NCBI GenBank assembly: GCA_963662545.2
Contig: CAXXLL010000002.1
Location: forward strand, 832,001-896,000
Direction of reading: 5' to 3'
Source of the DNA: Gammaproteobacteria bacterium
GTDB taxonomy: Bacteria; Pseudomonadota; Gammaproteobacteria; Ga0077536
Length of the DNA stretch: 64,000 nucleotides
How positions within the stretch are numbered: the stretch's first letter is position 1; every line of letters starts with the position of its first letter. Below, piece by piece: positions 18,638-28,610 of the stretch. The notes under the pieces are model-generated. The model ran no database searches. It had not been told where the DNA came from and worked only from the letters and a program-made list of their open reading frames with translations. The position numbers and the translations under genes are program-made.

Positions 18638-19999
18638 TTACTCGCCTGCGATGCTCGTCGCCGTGCCTCCGCTCTCAAAAATCAAATGCCCTGCTTCGTT
18701 TTGGGCACGGACGCGCGCTTCTAGATCGGCGGGAATGGAGACATTTCGCGCGCCGGGAAATTTGCCGGGAAATAGATGGGGCCGCATAAAATACTCATCG
18801 GGATCCTCGATCAGAATCTGTGATTTCAAGGGCTTGTACAACCAGTCACGGCGCATAAACTCGGCGGTGAAGATCATGGCCTTTTCCTGCTCCGACCAAT
18901 CGTGTGCGCTATGCGCGTCATGAAAGCTGTAGCTGATCAAGTCGTTCGGTATATTCCAGTAAACCGTCGAAAGTGCGGTATAACCAAATGTGCCTAGCTC
19001 AGGCAGTTGGTGCTCGGCGAGTCGAACTTCGATCGTCATGAGTGCACCGTCACTGTCGTATTTTTCCTGGCGCAACGGGTAGAACGTATGTTTCTCGAGC
19101 CACAGAATCAGGGTTTTCTCGCTGTATCCCGGAAGCCAGTCGTCCTTCGCTGTTGCCTTCACCACCCAGCAGGCGACGCCGCCGTCGGGCAGGTAATGCG
19201 GGAAGTCGTCGCCCATGGATTTCACCGAGGCCGTGTTCCGCTCGACGAACCCTTTGTCGCCACGGTTTAACCTGATCGTCGGGCGCGTATTCGGAAACCG
19301 GATGGTTTCGTAGAGTACGTCCGTTCCCAGAAGCTCCCACGCGAATTCCCACGCGTCACGTCCGAGCACGTCGTCGAAAGTCTGCGCGTTATCGGCGAAA
19401 CGCTGGTCACGGCGCGGTTCCGGTTGGCGGCGAACACGGCGCAACTGCGGCGAATAGACGAATAAGTCCATTTTCGTTTGGAATTCCTTATCGGTGCGGT
19501 ATGGCACCCAGAGTTGTTGCGCCCCTTCTGATTCGGGCGGAAAAGTGTGGTAGGCCATCCAGCTTGTATAGACGTCCCCTGGTTTCGTGCCATAGAGATA
19601 GGTCTCGAGGCCCGTCCCGGCAGGCTTCGCATAGAAAATCGTTTCGCCCTGGTTAATGTACCCGGAGCTCGTAATCGCGCCGAACACGTCGAGAATCGTC
19701 CCGGGCCAACGCGAGATGTGCGGGAACTCTGCCGATCGGTAGCCCATTTCCTCCGCCGTGTAGGGCGGTTCGAATGGATAACGCTCAGCGGGCATGTACG
19801 GATACTCGGCATCTCGCGCGGTAGAAGTCGCCGGGTCGAACAAGGCCTTATCTTCGGCGCTCATTTGAGCGACCGTTTTCCAGATCTCTTCGGCGCCTGC
19901 CGCTGCGACGGCGCTCAGGCACAAGACGATTACGATCCCCCGCTTGATGGCACGATGCCGACAGTAATGCATCCGGGCTGGTTCAAATTCAGAACTCAT
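18638..19999 (-). CDS. DUF1329-family periplasmic (LolA-like) protein
   Basis: Signal-like N-terminus and YSPQLRRVRR...QTFDD motif. Lies downstream of the DUF1302-like gene. Confidence 0.72.
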   Translation of the reverse strand: MSSEFEPARMHYCRHRAIKRGIVIVLCLSAVAAAGAEEIWKTVAQMSAEDKALFDPATSTARDAEYPYMPAERYPFEPPYTAEEMGYRSAEFPHISRWPGTILDVFGAITSSGYINQGETIFYAKPAGTGLETYLYGTKPGDVYTSWMAYHTFPPESEGAQQLWVPYRTDKEFQTKMDLFVYSPQLRRVRRQPEPRRDQRFADNAQTFDDVLGRDAWEFAWELLGTDVLYETIRFPNTRPTIRLNRGDKGFVERNTASVKSMGDDFPHYLPDGGVACWVVKATAKDDWLPGYSEKTLILWLEKHTFYPLRQEKYDSDGALMTIEVRLAEHQLPELGTFGYTALSTVYWNIPNDLISYSFHDAHSAHDWSEQEKAMIFTAEFMRRDWLYKPLKSQILIEDPDEYFMRPHLFPGKFPGARNVSIPADLEARVRAQNEAGHLIFESGGTATSIAGE

Positions 20000-21539
20000 A
20001 GCTCAGCTCCCATCCGAAGTTGTCCCATTGTTCGAATTGCCCATAAAGATCTGTCGCGCTGCCGCTGTCGTAGCCGTTGTAGATAAACTGCCCGGTCACG
20101 TATTGCGAGAACTTGTATTTCAGACGCAGCTTGGTCTTCATCCCCTGCCAGTTGGCTGATGGGCCGCTCACGACGGGTAACACCGTCAGTTCCATGCTCA
20201 ATCGGTCGCGCGTGAAGGCGAACGGCCGTGAGAAAAAGGCCACGGGAATCACCGTCCACTCGTCTCCAATACCACCACCGAATCCGGCACCGAGCGTGCT
20301 TTCCCAGTCGAAGGTATAAAACAGCGATCCCTGGAAGATCAGTGTCGAGCGCGCGGGCAGACCAAATTCGGTTGCCACGGCAGCGCGTAGGGTGTCGCGT
20401 TTAGAGGTGCCGTCGAGATTGGCGCCAGCGCGCGCGGCCGCGCGCTTCCCGAAATCGGCAAAGCGCACACCATTGGTATACAGCGCTTCGACACGGAACA
20501 CGGTCGGCAACACGTTGACGTACGGTATCCCGGAGAAGGTTGTGGCGTAGTCGGCCGTTATACCGAAATGATGGAGCCGTTCATGTTCAGGGCGCAAGCG
20601 CAAAAGGGTTCGACCACCGCTTATTACCGTACCCACGACGTGCTCTACCGGATTCTTGTCCCAAGCGTAGAAATACACGAAGCCATAAGTGAGCGCACCC
20701 TGTGAACGGTCAAAGCGCAAGCCATATTCATGATCATCGAAATCGCCCGATCTGGGCCGCTTGGGCTTCAAGACGATATCGGTGATCGCGCTCGGTGGCG
20801 GCGACAGTGGGGAGGCCCACGGCGATCCAGGCAATGCCTGACGGTCGTGTTCGAAATCGAATAGGTAGAGGAGTTGCAGGGAGTTTTGCCCAAAATGAAA
20901 TGTTGCATTGGCCATCCAGGTCGGCAGGCGACGCCACTCGAAGTCCTCTGTTTCGAGTTGCACCGATTCTCGCCGATCCATAGCGCTGACGACGTCGATG
21001 AACTGCCCGTCCATCTTGCCCCAGGCGATCTGTTGCTTTCCAAGCTTGAGATCGAAGCGCGGCGCGCGATATGAGATATAGGCTTCGCGCAAAATCCGTT
21101 CGCGATCGTGATAGATCTCGGCCGTGCGATCGATGCTGTCGGCGAATAGCCCATCGGAATCTTGCCAGTCGTAGACCCCGTCATAAAGAAAGTGCGAGAC
21201 GACATTGATGTCGAGCCCGGCTGCCACGTGGTAGCCCATTTCGATTTCGAGCAGGTTTTGCAGCTGCAGAAAACGGAAGTCCTGATCGCGAAACCCGTCG
21301 ATTCCGTCTTCGTCGAGCAGCACATCCGTCCACTGGCGCAGGAACCCCTTGAAACGCAGGTTGGGGATCGCTCGTTCGATCGGTTTACGGACATGCCGGC
21401 CGATGGGATCGAATTTCGCGATTGAGCGATCGAACCTGGACCACATATCGCCCATGTCGCCGGCATGCAGAGCAGGTGCAGTAAGGACAGCCGTGATGGC
21501 GACCAGTACGGCAAGGCAACGCCCGATCGATGTTGTCAT
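19989..21539 (-). CDS. DUF1302-like outer-membrane beta-barrel protein
   Basis: Signal peptide, LREAYISY...KLGKQQIAWGKMDG and a C-terminal WELSYEF barrel signature. Confidence 0.78.
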   Translation of the reverse strand: MTTSIGRCLAVLVAITAVLTAPALHAGDMGDMWSRFDRSIAKFDPIGRHVRKPIERAIPNLRFKGFLRQWTDVLLDEDGIDGFRDQDFRFLQLQNLLEIEMGYHVAAGLDINVVSHFLYDGVYDWQDSDGLFADSIDRTAEIYHDRERILREAYISYRAPRFDLKLGKQQIAWGKMDGQFIDVVSAMDRRESVQLETEDFEWRRLPTWMANATFHFGQNSLQLLYLFDFEHDRQALPGSPWASPLSPPPSAITDIVLKPKRPRSGDFDDHEYGLRFDRSQGALTYGFVYFYAWDKNPVEHVVGTVISGGRTLLRLRPEHERLHHFGITADYATTFSGIPYVNVLPTVFRVEALYTNGVRFADFGKRAAARAGANLDGTSKRDTLRAAVATEFGLPARSTLIFQGSLFYTFDWESTLGAGFGGGIGDEWTVIPVAFFSRPFAFTRDRLSMELTVLPVVSGPSANWQGMKTKLRLKYKFSQYVTGQFIYNGYDSGSATDLYGQFEQWDNFGWELSYEF

Positions 21540-21656
21540 TTCGCTTCCCCGTGGCACCTTGCTGCTCGCAGAGTGCGACGCGCAAATGCCGAAGTCCGGC
21601 CTCGAGATCAAATGGTTAAACTTCGCGGACTGCGAGTTCTAGATATTACCTTAAAC

Positions 21657-21674
21657 GAAATTCGTAATCATTTC
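21657..21674. promoter_or_regulatory. Possible Fur-family operator upstream of the DUF1302 operon
   Basis: AT-rich imperfect palindrome GAAATTCGTAATCATTTC, a partial match to the Fur consensus. Confidence 0.25.
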
Positions 21675-21716
21675 AAAAAAAAGGAATATTTCCGATCAGT
21701 GCTTGAATCATCACGC

Positions 21717-22571
21717 TCATTCACGCCGTTGCCATAATAGGATAAATCCGAGTACCGCGACGAAGAGCATCGTAAACACGCTGACCAGCGCCATTGTTTG
21801 CAGGAGGTCCGCGGTATGCCAGCTTTGGCCGGACGGGTCGGTGACCAGGGCGTCGGGGACGATGGCGTACAGCAGCGGAAACTGCGCCGCGATCAAGGTC
21901 CAGAACACCAGCGGCTGCAGCCAGTAGCCCGTCGACGCAGTAAGGGGCAGCGGCGGCCCGCGGCGCGCGAGGAAGAGCGCGAACACCTGGAAGATGACCC
22001 ACAGGGTCAGCATCCAGCCAAAGAAGTTGAGCCAGCCTACGCCGAAGTAGCCGCCGCCATCGGCCCATACCCAGTCGCGGTTGATGGTGCCCCCGATTGG
22101 ATCCACGCACAAATCCCAGGATGTCGTGATGAACGCCGCGATAACGGGTTTGGCAAGCAGCACGCCGCGCTGCGAATCATTGAAGACATCGCCGAGGAGG
22201 ACGCCCGCAATCGCCCAGCCGAGATAGCCCGCGACGGCGAAGATAGGGCCGACTATCAACGGTACGTGAAATATTTGCGGGCCCATCGATGCGGTGTGGT
22301 GATAAGCCCCGAACGGAAACCCGGTGAGGATACTCATGGCCTCGAACACATTGGTGACGACGAGGGCAATCACGAAGTAGCCCAAGATGCCGCGCCAGCC
22401 GTAACGGCGAGCGCCGTGCAACAGCGTGAAGGCGCTCATGAGAGCGACGTTCAAGTAACGGGACAGGTTGAATGAAATGATCTGCGGCGCGAACAAACTG
22501 GTCAGCGTCACCGTCGCCCACGCCCCGATCAACAGCCAGACCACGGCGGCCGTACGCGTGTTCGAAACCAT
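21717..22571 (-). CDS. CruF/DUF422-like membrane protein
   Basis: Multi-TM protein with EAMSILTGFPFGAYHH, WDLCVDP and YFGVGWLNFFGW. Confidence 0.72.
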   Translation of the reverse strand: MVSNTRTAAVVWLLIGAWATVTLTSLFAPQIISFNLSRYLNVALMSAFTLLHGARRYGWRGILGYFVIALVVTNVFEAMSILTGFPFGAYHHTASMGPQIFHVPLIVGPIFAVAGYLGWAIAGVLLGDVFNDSQRGVLLAKPVIAAFITTSWDLCVDPIGGTINRDWVWADGGGYFGVGWLNFFGWMLTLWVIFQVFALFLARRGPPLPLTASTGYWLQPLVFWTLIAAQFPLLYAIVPDALVTDPSGQSWHTADLLQTMALVSVFTMLFVAVLGFILLWQRRE

Positions 22572-22621
22572 CGCCGGATTCAGGCCGCACCCGCTGTGGG
22601 GACGGTGAGTTCGTCAGCCTG

Positions 22622-23245
22622 CTACGCGGCCCACGAAAATTTAGCGAAATGACCGTTGTTCCCGGCACCGGCCATGTCCAGATCGAGGCCGAAGCAGTGG
22701 ACGTGGGTTTCTTTCGATCGCGCCAGTGCGAGCTTCGAATTGGCGGGATGGCCGACGTTATCGATGTAGATGGGCTCGCCATTGCCGAGCTTGGACACTA
22801 CGCCTTCAATTGCGAACTTGAGCTTGTCGCGGATCGTGACGGAGCGTTCGACGCCGTTCATGTTGAATACGATCGGCTCGAATTCGACACCGCGAAAGTC
22901 GCTAACCAGATTGTCCCGGATCATGCCGGGCGGGCCGCCGGCCTCGCCGCCGGCAATGGGGGCGAGCGCCGCGCGCTGCGCGTCGTCGGCGCTGTCGTCG
23001 ACGATGGCGCCGAAGATCCAGTTACCGTCGCTCATTACCTTTCCGGACTTTATCACGAGTGCGAACTTAAGCCCGCCGAGATCGACGCTGTCACAGGCGC
23101 CTTCGTCGATGCGAAAGATGAGTAAGGCGGTGCAGTCCTCTCCGGTCACCTCGCCGAGCGAATTGGTAAAGATGCACGGACACAGGTAATCACAATTGCA
23201 GCTTTCCATGTATTCGCCGCTGATCTGCCAATTATTGTCGGTCAA
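22622..23245 (-). CDS. DUF1326-family Cys-rich metal-binding protein
   Basis: WQISGEYMESCNCDYLCPC N-terminus and NNGHFAKFSWAA C-terminus. Confidence 0.8.
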   Translation of the reverse strand: MTDNNWQISGEYMESCNCDYLCPCIFTNSLGEVTGEDCTALLIFRIDEGACDSVDLGGLKFALVIKSGKVMSDGNWIFGAIVDDSADDAQRAALAPIAGGEAGGPPGMIRDNLVSDFRGVEFEPIVFNMNGVERSVTIRDKLKFAIEGVVSKLGNGEPIYIDNVGHPANSKLALARSKETHVHCFGLDLDMAGAGNNGHFAKFSWAA

Positions 23246-23452
23246 TTACCTTTCTCCCGTTACCGGCGACGAATGCTTAGTGCCGGCTTAATCGTAGCAT
23301 ACCGCTTCGGTGTTTCATTTCAGATTGCGTGCGCTGTACGGGACAGCAGGTCGCAATCTTCGTGGATCACCGGTATCAAAAAAGTTCTCCACGACATTCG
23401 ACAAGCACTGAAAGAAGGGCCTCGAACCGGACGTTTTCCGGTTGACGGCGGC

Positions 23453-24451
23453 TCAATTCCTGAGGCTGTGCAGCGGCGCCGGGATGCGCCCGCCGAAGTG
23501 CACGAACCGATCCGATTCGCCGATCTTGGCGATTCCCATGGTTTCGAGGATCTCACCGATGGAGTCGCCGATCTGCGGCGTCGGGGCCAGCGATAGATCG
23601 ACGATGCCGAAGCTCAAGCCGAGTTTCTGCGCCAATTCACGTCCGATCAGCTCGCCCACGCGGGTGATGCGGAAGGCCGTGACCTTGATCTCTTCGGCAA
23701 TGTCCGCGAGGGTCAGGCGGTTCTCGGCGGCGTTCGTGCCGGACCCCGCGCGTTCGATGAGCCGCTGCAGGGCGCGGTGTACGACGCCCGGGCCGGAGAC
23801 GCCGATGTTGATCACGGCATCTGCTTCGCCCACGCCGTGCGCCGCGCCGGCCATGAACGGGTTGTCCTCGGGAATATTGGCGAAAACGACGAGCTTGGCG
23901 CACACGAAACCATCATTGGCCCGATCGGCATCGGCCGTGTCCCGGATCGTCTGACCCGCGCGCAGGACCGCATCCATGTTGATGCCGGCGCGGCTGCTGG
24001 CGACGCTGAGCGCGGAACACACCCGTCCCGTGACCGAGAGGGCCTCGGGGAGGCAGGTAAAAAGCGCAGCTTCGGTCGGCGTCATGCCCTTTTCGACGGT
24101 GGCGCTGAACCCGCCGATCAGATCGACATCGACCTCGGCCGCCGAGGTGTCCAAACGCTCGGCGACCTTGACCAGCGCATCCGGGCCGTGGCCGGCGGCA
24201 ACCCGCGCGATAGGCGATACCGCGATGCGCTTGTTCGTGACCGGAATGCCGAAGGTGCGCTCGACCTCGCGGGTTGCGCGCACCAGATTACCCGCGGTGC
24301 CGACGATCTTCGCCTGGATCTTGTCCAGCAATTGCGCGAGCACGGGGCTGCTGCAATCGTCGAGGTTCAGTCCCAGGGTCACGGTCCGCACATCCAGCTT
24401 TTCGTCCTGGAACATGCGAATCGTCTCGAAGATGTCGTCGCTACGAATCAT
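23453..24451 (-). pseudogene. DUF711/UPF0210 ('PFL family') protein with a large in-frame internal deletion
   Basis: The family N-terminus (LDVRTVTLGL, EDNPFMAGAAHG, DLSLAPTP) joins directly to the family C-terminus (GGRIPAPLHSLRN). 332 aa versus the usual ~450. Confidence 0.7.
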
Positions 24452-25007
24452 CGGCAAATCGCCTGAAAGCGACCTCGTTGGTCGCGACGAAGAGGCGGTG
24501 GTGCTGCAGGCGAACCTGCAGACCGGTCTCGGTCCCCGCGCGTTCGAGGTCGATCTGCAACTGCTCCAGTGCGTCTTCGGAGGGCAGATCGATCTCGGCG
24601 AGAATCGTGAGTCGCTCGCCATCTTCACGGGTGCTCAGATCGGAGAAATTGCCGCCCCGGTTTGCGACGATCTCGGCGAAGGCGTGCACGACCCCGCGGC
24701 TCGCGTCGCCGCTGGCGGTCAATATGTAGCGCTCGCCCAAAGTCACTTGTGCCCTGCCGGAAAGATATTCGACCAGTGTCACCCGCGCACCCGCGGACAG
24801 CGCGGTCTCGAGTTCGTGAGCGAGTGCATCCGCTACGCTACCGTTGGCACAATGGAGGACGAGAATGATCGTGAAATAGTCCCGCACCACCGTCTGACTC
24901 AGCTCCATGACCTTGATGTCCTTGCGATCGAGCAGGCTCATGATGGTCGCGATGATCCCCCGGCGATCCGGGGTCAGTACGGTCAAAATATGGCTAGGTG
25001 GGCTCAC
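24441..25007 (-). CDS. Tandem ACT-domain protein (GcvR-like)
   Basis: ILTVLTPDRRGII plus a second module ILTASGDASRGVV. ACT genes are the usual partners of DUF711 genes. Confidence 0.8.
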   Translation of the reverse strand: MSPPSHILTVLTPDRRGIIATIMSLLDRKDIKVMELSQTVVRDYFTIILVLHCANGSVADALAHELETALSAGARVTLVEYLSGRAQVTLGERYILTASGDASRGVVHAFAEIVANRGGNFSDLSTREDGERLTILAEIDLPSEDALEQLQIDLERAGTETGLQVRLQHHRLFVATNEVAFRRFADDS

Positions 25008-25263
25008 CGGCAGATCTTTTCCCGTGCCGAAACATCAAGATGTAAGGTGCTTGAAGCTGGAAAATACCCTATGCGCTGGCTTCATTGTCGTCATGAATTT
25101 ACGATGCCTGCGGATATTGGTGTTTGCCGCTGCATGCATATTACTTTCCGCATGGACTTCGTACCATCCTAAAGGTGAGTTGGCAGGGGCCGGCTCGACC
25201 CCGACAATAACTCGTACATTTCATTCTCGCACTTGACCAGTCGAAGATAACCGGAGCATCGCC

Positions 25264-25599
25264 ATGGGCCGATACATGATTCAAATAAAGTACAACGCCG
25301 ACAGCACAAAAGGCCTGGTTGCCAATCCCCACGACCGCAAGCCTCAGGCCAGTGACGTCATGGAAAAGATGGGCGGCAAACTGATCGATTTCTACTTCAC
25401 CTTGGGCGATTGGGATGCATTGATCGTCGTCGAACTCGAGAGCGACACCCATGCCATGGCTGTGGCGATGGCAGATGTCGCAGGCGGTGTGGGGAATACG
25501 AAGGTCACGGCGCTGTACAGCATGGACGATGCCGTCGCAGCCATGGGTATCGCGCAGTCCATCGATTATAAGGCGCCGGGCGCGGACACGCCCCTGTGA
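25264..25599 (+). CDS. GYD-domain protein
   Basis: MGGKLIDFYFTLGDWDALIVVE pattern. RBS GGAG. Confidence 0.78.
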   Translation: MGRYMIQIKYNADSTKGLVANPHDRKPQASDVMEKMGGKLIDFYFTLGDWDALIVVELESDTHAMAVAMADVAGGVGNTKVTALYSMDDAVAAMGIAQSIDYKAPGADTPL

Positions 25600-25656
25600 C
25601 ACTAGAGAGCGGCCTGGTTTCTACGTCCCGGAGGCGCTGAAAGGCTCTCTCCAAGC

Positions 25657-26484
25657 ATGATCCGGGATCTCCAAACGGCCGCAGAAGTACTGGTGCCGCC
25701 GCGCGTGGTGTTGTTCGACTGGCACGCGACGCTCGTCGACACACGGGACGCGATGTATCACGCCGTCGACGATACTTTGTTGAGGATTCCGGAACTGGGC
25801 CTTATGAACGACCTCATCCCATACGCGTTGTGCCGGACTTCGGAAGATGCCCGGCTCGTTGATTACGTGCGACAAAACCTCCGATTGCATCCGAAAATAA
25901 AATCTGCAAGGAGAATATCGCGCACGGATATTTTCGAAGTCCTGTTCGGGAACAACGAGGATGCGAAGCGTACCGCTCACGAGGCATTTAACAATGCCTA
26001 CCGCAACCACTATGGCGAAGCGCATCCCTTCGAGGGCGGTGAACTCAAGCTGCTGTTGGAACTCCGCGAATTCGACGTGAAGCTCGGCATATTGACGAAC
26101 CGCGAGCGGGAATTCTTCGACCATGAAATAGCCCTCGTCGAAGGAGGTGCCTGGATGGACTTGTTCGATACCACTGTGTGCGGCGGCGATACCGATCGGC
26201 GCAAGCCGCATCCGGAGCCCATTTTAAAAGCGCTCGATGAACTCGGCGAAACCAACGATCGGTCATGCTGGTATCTCGGGGACAGCGCCACTGATGTAGC
26301 GGCGGCAAAACGGGCAGCAGTCACTGCAGTGTTTTTCAACGGTGCCGGATGGGAACACGTCTGGCTCGAAAAGGTTTTTCCGGGCACCGTGGAGCATCCC
26401 CATCGACCGGATGCCATCGTCGACAGCTTTGCTGAGTTTAGATGGCTGTTCGAGGAATGCCTGTCGATCGAACATCGCCAATAG
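25657..26484 (+). CDS. HAD-superfamily hydrolase (phosphoglycolate phosphatase-like)
   Basis: VLFDWHATLVD (motif I variant), LTNR, RKPHPEP and YLGDSATD. Confidence 0.8.
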   Translation: MIRDLQTAAEVLVPPRVVLFDWHATLVDTRDAMYHAVDDTLLRIPELGLMNDLIPYALCRTSEDARLVDYVRQNLRLHPKIKSARRISRTDIFEVLFGNNEDAKRTAHEAFNNAYRNHYGEAHPFEGGELKLLLELREFDVKLGILTNREREFFDHEIALVEGGAWMDLFDTTVCGGDTDRRKPHPEPILKALDELGETNDRSCWYLGDSATDVAAAKRAAVTAVFFNGAGWEHVWLEKVFPGTVEHPHRPDAIVDSFAEFRWLFEECLSIEHRQ

Positions 26485-26546
26485 CGAACGCGCTAAAGCG
26501 CTGAACAGCCCATTCCAGTGCATGGCATACAACCAGCGAATTCGCT

Positions 26547-27509
26547 TCAGTGAGCAAATATCCGATCAGGTCCCTTGGGGATGATCTGGGTCGGATTCAC
26601 TCTGCGGATCGTGTAATACGTGCGCTTGATATGGTCGAAGTTGACCGTTTCTGCCACGCCCGGTACGGCGTAAAGCCGCTTGAGGTAGGCCGATAGATTG
26701 GGATAATCGATCAGGCGGCGCAGGTTGCACTTGAACAGGGCATGGTAGGCGATGTCGAACCGGATCAAGGTCACGAACGCGCGCCAATCAGTCTCGGTGA
26801 TGCGATCTCCTAGCAAATAAGGCTGCTCCTCTAACCGCTCCTCCAAATCATCGAGGCATTCGAACACCTCGGCGACCGCTTCTTCGTAAACCGCCTGCGT
26901 CATGGTAAATCCTGCCCGATAGACGCCGTCGTTAAGACTCTCGTAAATGCGCTCGTTGAGTGTGTTGATCTCGTCCCGCAGGTCTTCGGGATAGAAATCG
27001 ACCGAGGCGTCGCCGTAGGCGTCAAAAGCACTGTTGAACATACGAATGATGTCGGCGGACTCATTGTTGACCAGGGTGTCCCGGACCTTGTCCCACAAAA
27101 CCGGAACGGTGGGGCGGCCGGTAAAGTGCCGGTCGGCGCGTGTGTAGAGTTCGCGGACGTAGCGAACCTGGTGCAGGGGATCGGGGATCGAGCCGGGGTA
27201 ATCACCGAAGCCATAACCTTGATCGGTGAATTCAGGAATGGCGATGGAAACGGAGATAACGTCTTCGAGCCGCTTGAGCTTGCGGTAGATATAGGCCCGG
27301 CACGCCCAGGGACAGTTCAACGCGATGTAGAGGTGGTAGCGGCCGGGTTCCGCCTTAAAGCCGCCTTCGCCGGTCGGGCCGAGGTCCCCGTCCGGGGTGA
27401 CCCAGTGCCGAAAAGTCGATTCCTGGCGCACGAACCGGCCCTCGCCGTCCGTGCGCTGTTTCATTTGCCAGTCATCCTGCCATTTGCCTTCTACGAGCAT
27501 CGCGTGCAT
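26547..27509 (-). CDS. Glutathionyl-hydroquinone reductase (YqjG/Xi-class GST)
   Basis: GRYHLYIALNCPWA, TVPVLWDK, NNESADIIRM and HIKRTYY. Confidence 0.88.
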   Translation of the reverse strand: MHAMLVEGKWQDDWQMKQRTDGEGRFVRQESTFRHWVTPDGDLGPTGEGGFKAEPGRYHLYIALNCPWACRAYIYRKLKRLEDVISVSIAIPEFTDQGYGFGDYPGSIPDPLHQVRYVRELYTRADRHFTGRPTVPVLWDKVRDTLVNNESADIIRMFNSAFDAYGDASVDFYPEDLRDEINTLNERIYESLNDGVYRAGFTMTQAVYEEAVAEVFECLDDLEERLEEQPYLLGDRITETDWRAFVTLIRFDIAYHALFKCNLRRLIDYPNLSAYLKRLYAVPGVAETVNFDHIKRTYYTIRRVNPTQIIPKGPDRIFAH

Positions 27510-27576
27510 TACCGTCGAATGGTTTCGCTGTTGGAATTCTCCCACGCCTCAACGGCGGGATCATCCGTTAGCTCGA

Positions 27577-27654
27577 TTCGCCCGCAAGCGGGCTCCTACG
27601 ACGGCGCCCCGACCATGCAACGCGAAGCGCCGTAGGCGTCCGCTCGCGGGCGAA
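27577..27654. repeat. GTAG-family REP doublet (inverted pair)
   Basis: TTCGCCCGCAAGCGGGCTCCTAC (27577-27599) and GTAGGCGTCCGCTCGCGGGCGAA (27632-27654). Confidence 0.7.
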
Positions 27655-27695
27655 CAGGCCATTTGTTTCGTAAACACCATCATCCAATGACCGCA

Positions 27696-28610
27696 CTAAT
27701 ATCGGTGTGGTGTCCGTTCGCCGTACATCGCCCAGTAACGCCACTCTTTTTCGAAGGCCTCGAAACCGCCGGGGTAGGCCGCCTCGATCAGTTCCACCGG
27801 GCTGCCTTCGTCGCTGTCCCTGAAATGCTGCAACACTGCACGGATGGTCGCGATACCGGGCTCGCTCGACATCAGGAAAAAGGTCACCGACCAGCCGAGT
27901 GCGTACGCAAGTCCGTCGTTACCGTTGAATACGTACCACTGATCCCTGGTCATCGACAGGTAATCGCCGAGCGGTAACAGGCCGCGGCGCACGCGGAGAT
28001 TGACGGTTTCAGCCCAGCGGCGATTCGGGTGGACGACCACGGTTTGACCGAAGACTTCCATGATTTCGAAATATTCTGCAAGCCCTTCGTTGATCCAGGC
28101 GGGTACCCGGCCGATCTGATGCCGCATGATCGCGTGGCTGGCCTCATGGGTCAGCACCTCGAGCAGACGGCCGACATCGCGGTTCTTCCAGACGTGGATG
28201 ACATTTTCCTTCGGCGAGTAAAAGCCCGAGGCATTTTCAATCTGGAGCCCGCGCTTGCGGGTAAGCGCGCGGAATTCCTGCTCGCTGCCGTAAATGTGGA
28301 TCTCTATCGCTGCATCCGCGTCCGGGCGCATCGTGAAATCCGAGGCGTAGATACTGAAGATCTTGGATACGGCAACGGACACCTTGGTCTTCACGTCCAG
28401 CCCCATCTGGTAGTTGCGCGCCACGATTGCCACTTCGAAGTTGCGGTTGATGGCGTAGCGCTCGGTGAGATCGATCGCCGAGCGCTTCGCCTCCGGCGGC
28501 GGTTTGTCGCCGAAATGCACCTTGCCGTGCTCGTCGATCCACTGGTAGATCTCCGCGTTTGCGGTAGCGAGGACGGCGCATAGAATCGCGCCGGCGAGAG
28601 CCCTAAGCAT
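27696..28610 (-). CDS. Secreted DUF4124 + HExxH zinc-peptidase-like (DUF1570) protein
   Basis: Signal peptide, EIYQWIDEHGKVHFGDKPP, THEASHA and WINEGLAEYFE. Confidence 0.75.
   Translation of the reverse strand: MLRALAGAILCAVLATANAEIYQWIDEHGKVHFGDKPPPEAKRSAIDLTERYAINRNFEVAIVARNYQMGLDVKTKVSVAVSKIFSIYASDFTMRPDADAAIEIHIYGSEQEFRALTRKRGLQIENASGFYSPKENVIHVWKNRDVGRLLEVLTHEASHAIMRHQIGRVPAWINEGLAEYFEIMEVFGQTVVVHPNRRWAETVNLRVRRGLLPLGDYLSMTRDQWYVFNGNDGLAYALGWSVTFFLMSSEPGIATIRAVLQHFRDSDEGSPVELIEAAYPGGFEAFEKEWRYWAMYGERTPHRY

Noticed and set aside
21717-22571. Carotenoid biosynthesis cluster
   Set aside because: Only a lone CruF/DUF422-like membrane protein is present, with no crt genes nearby.
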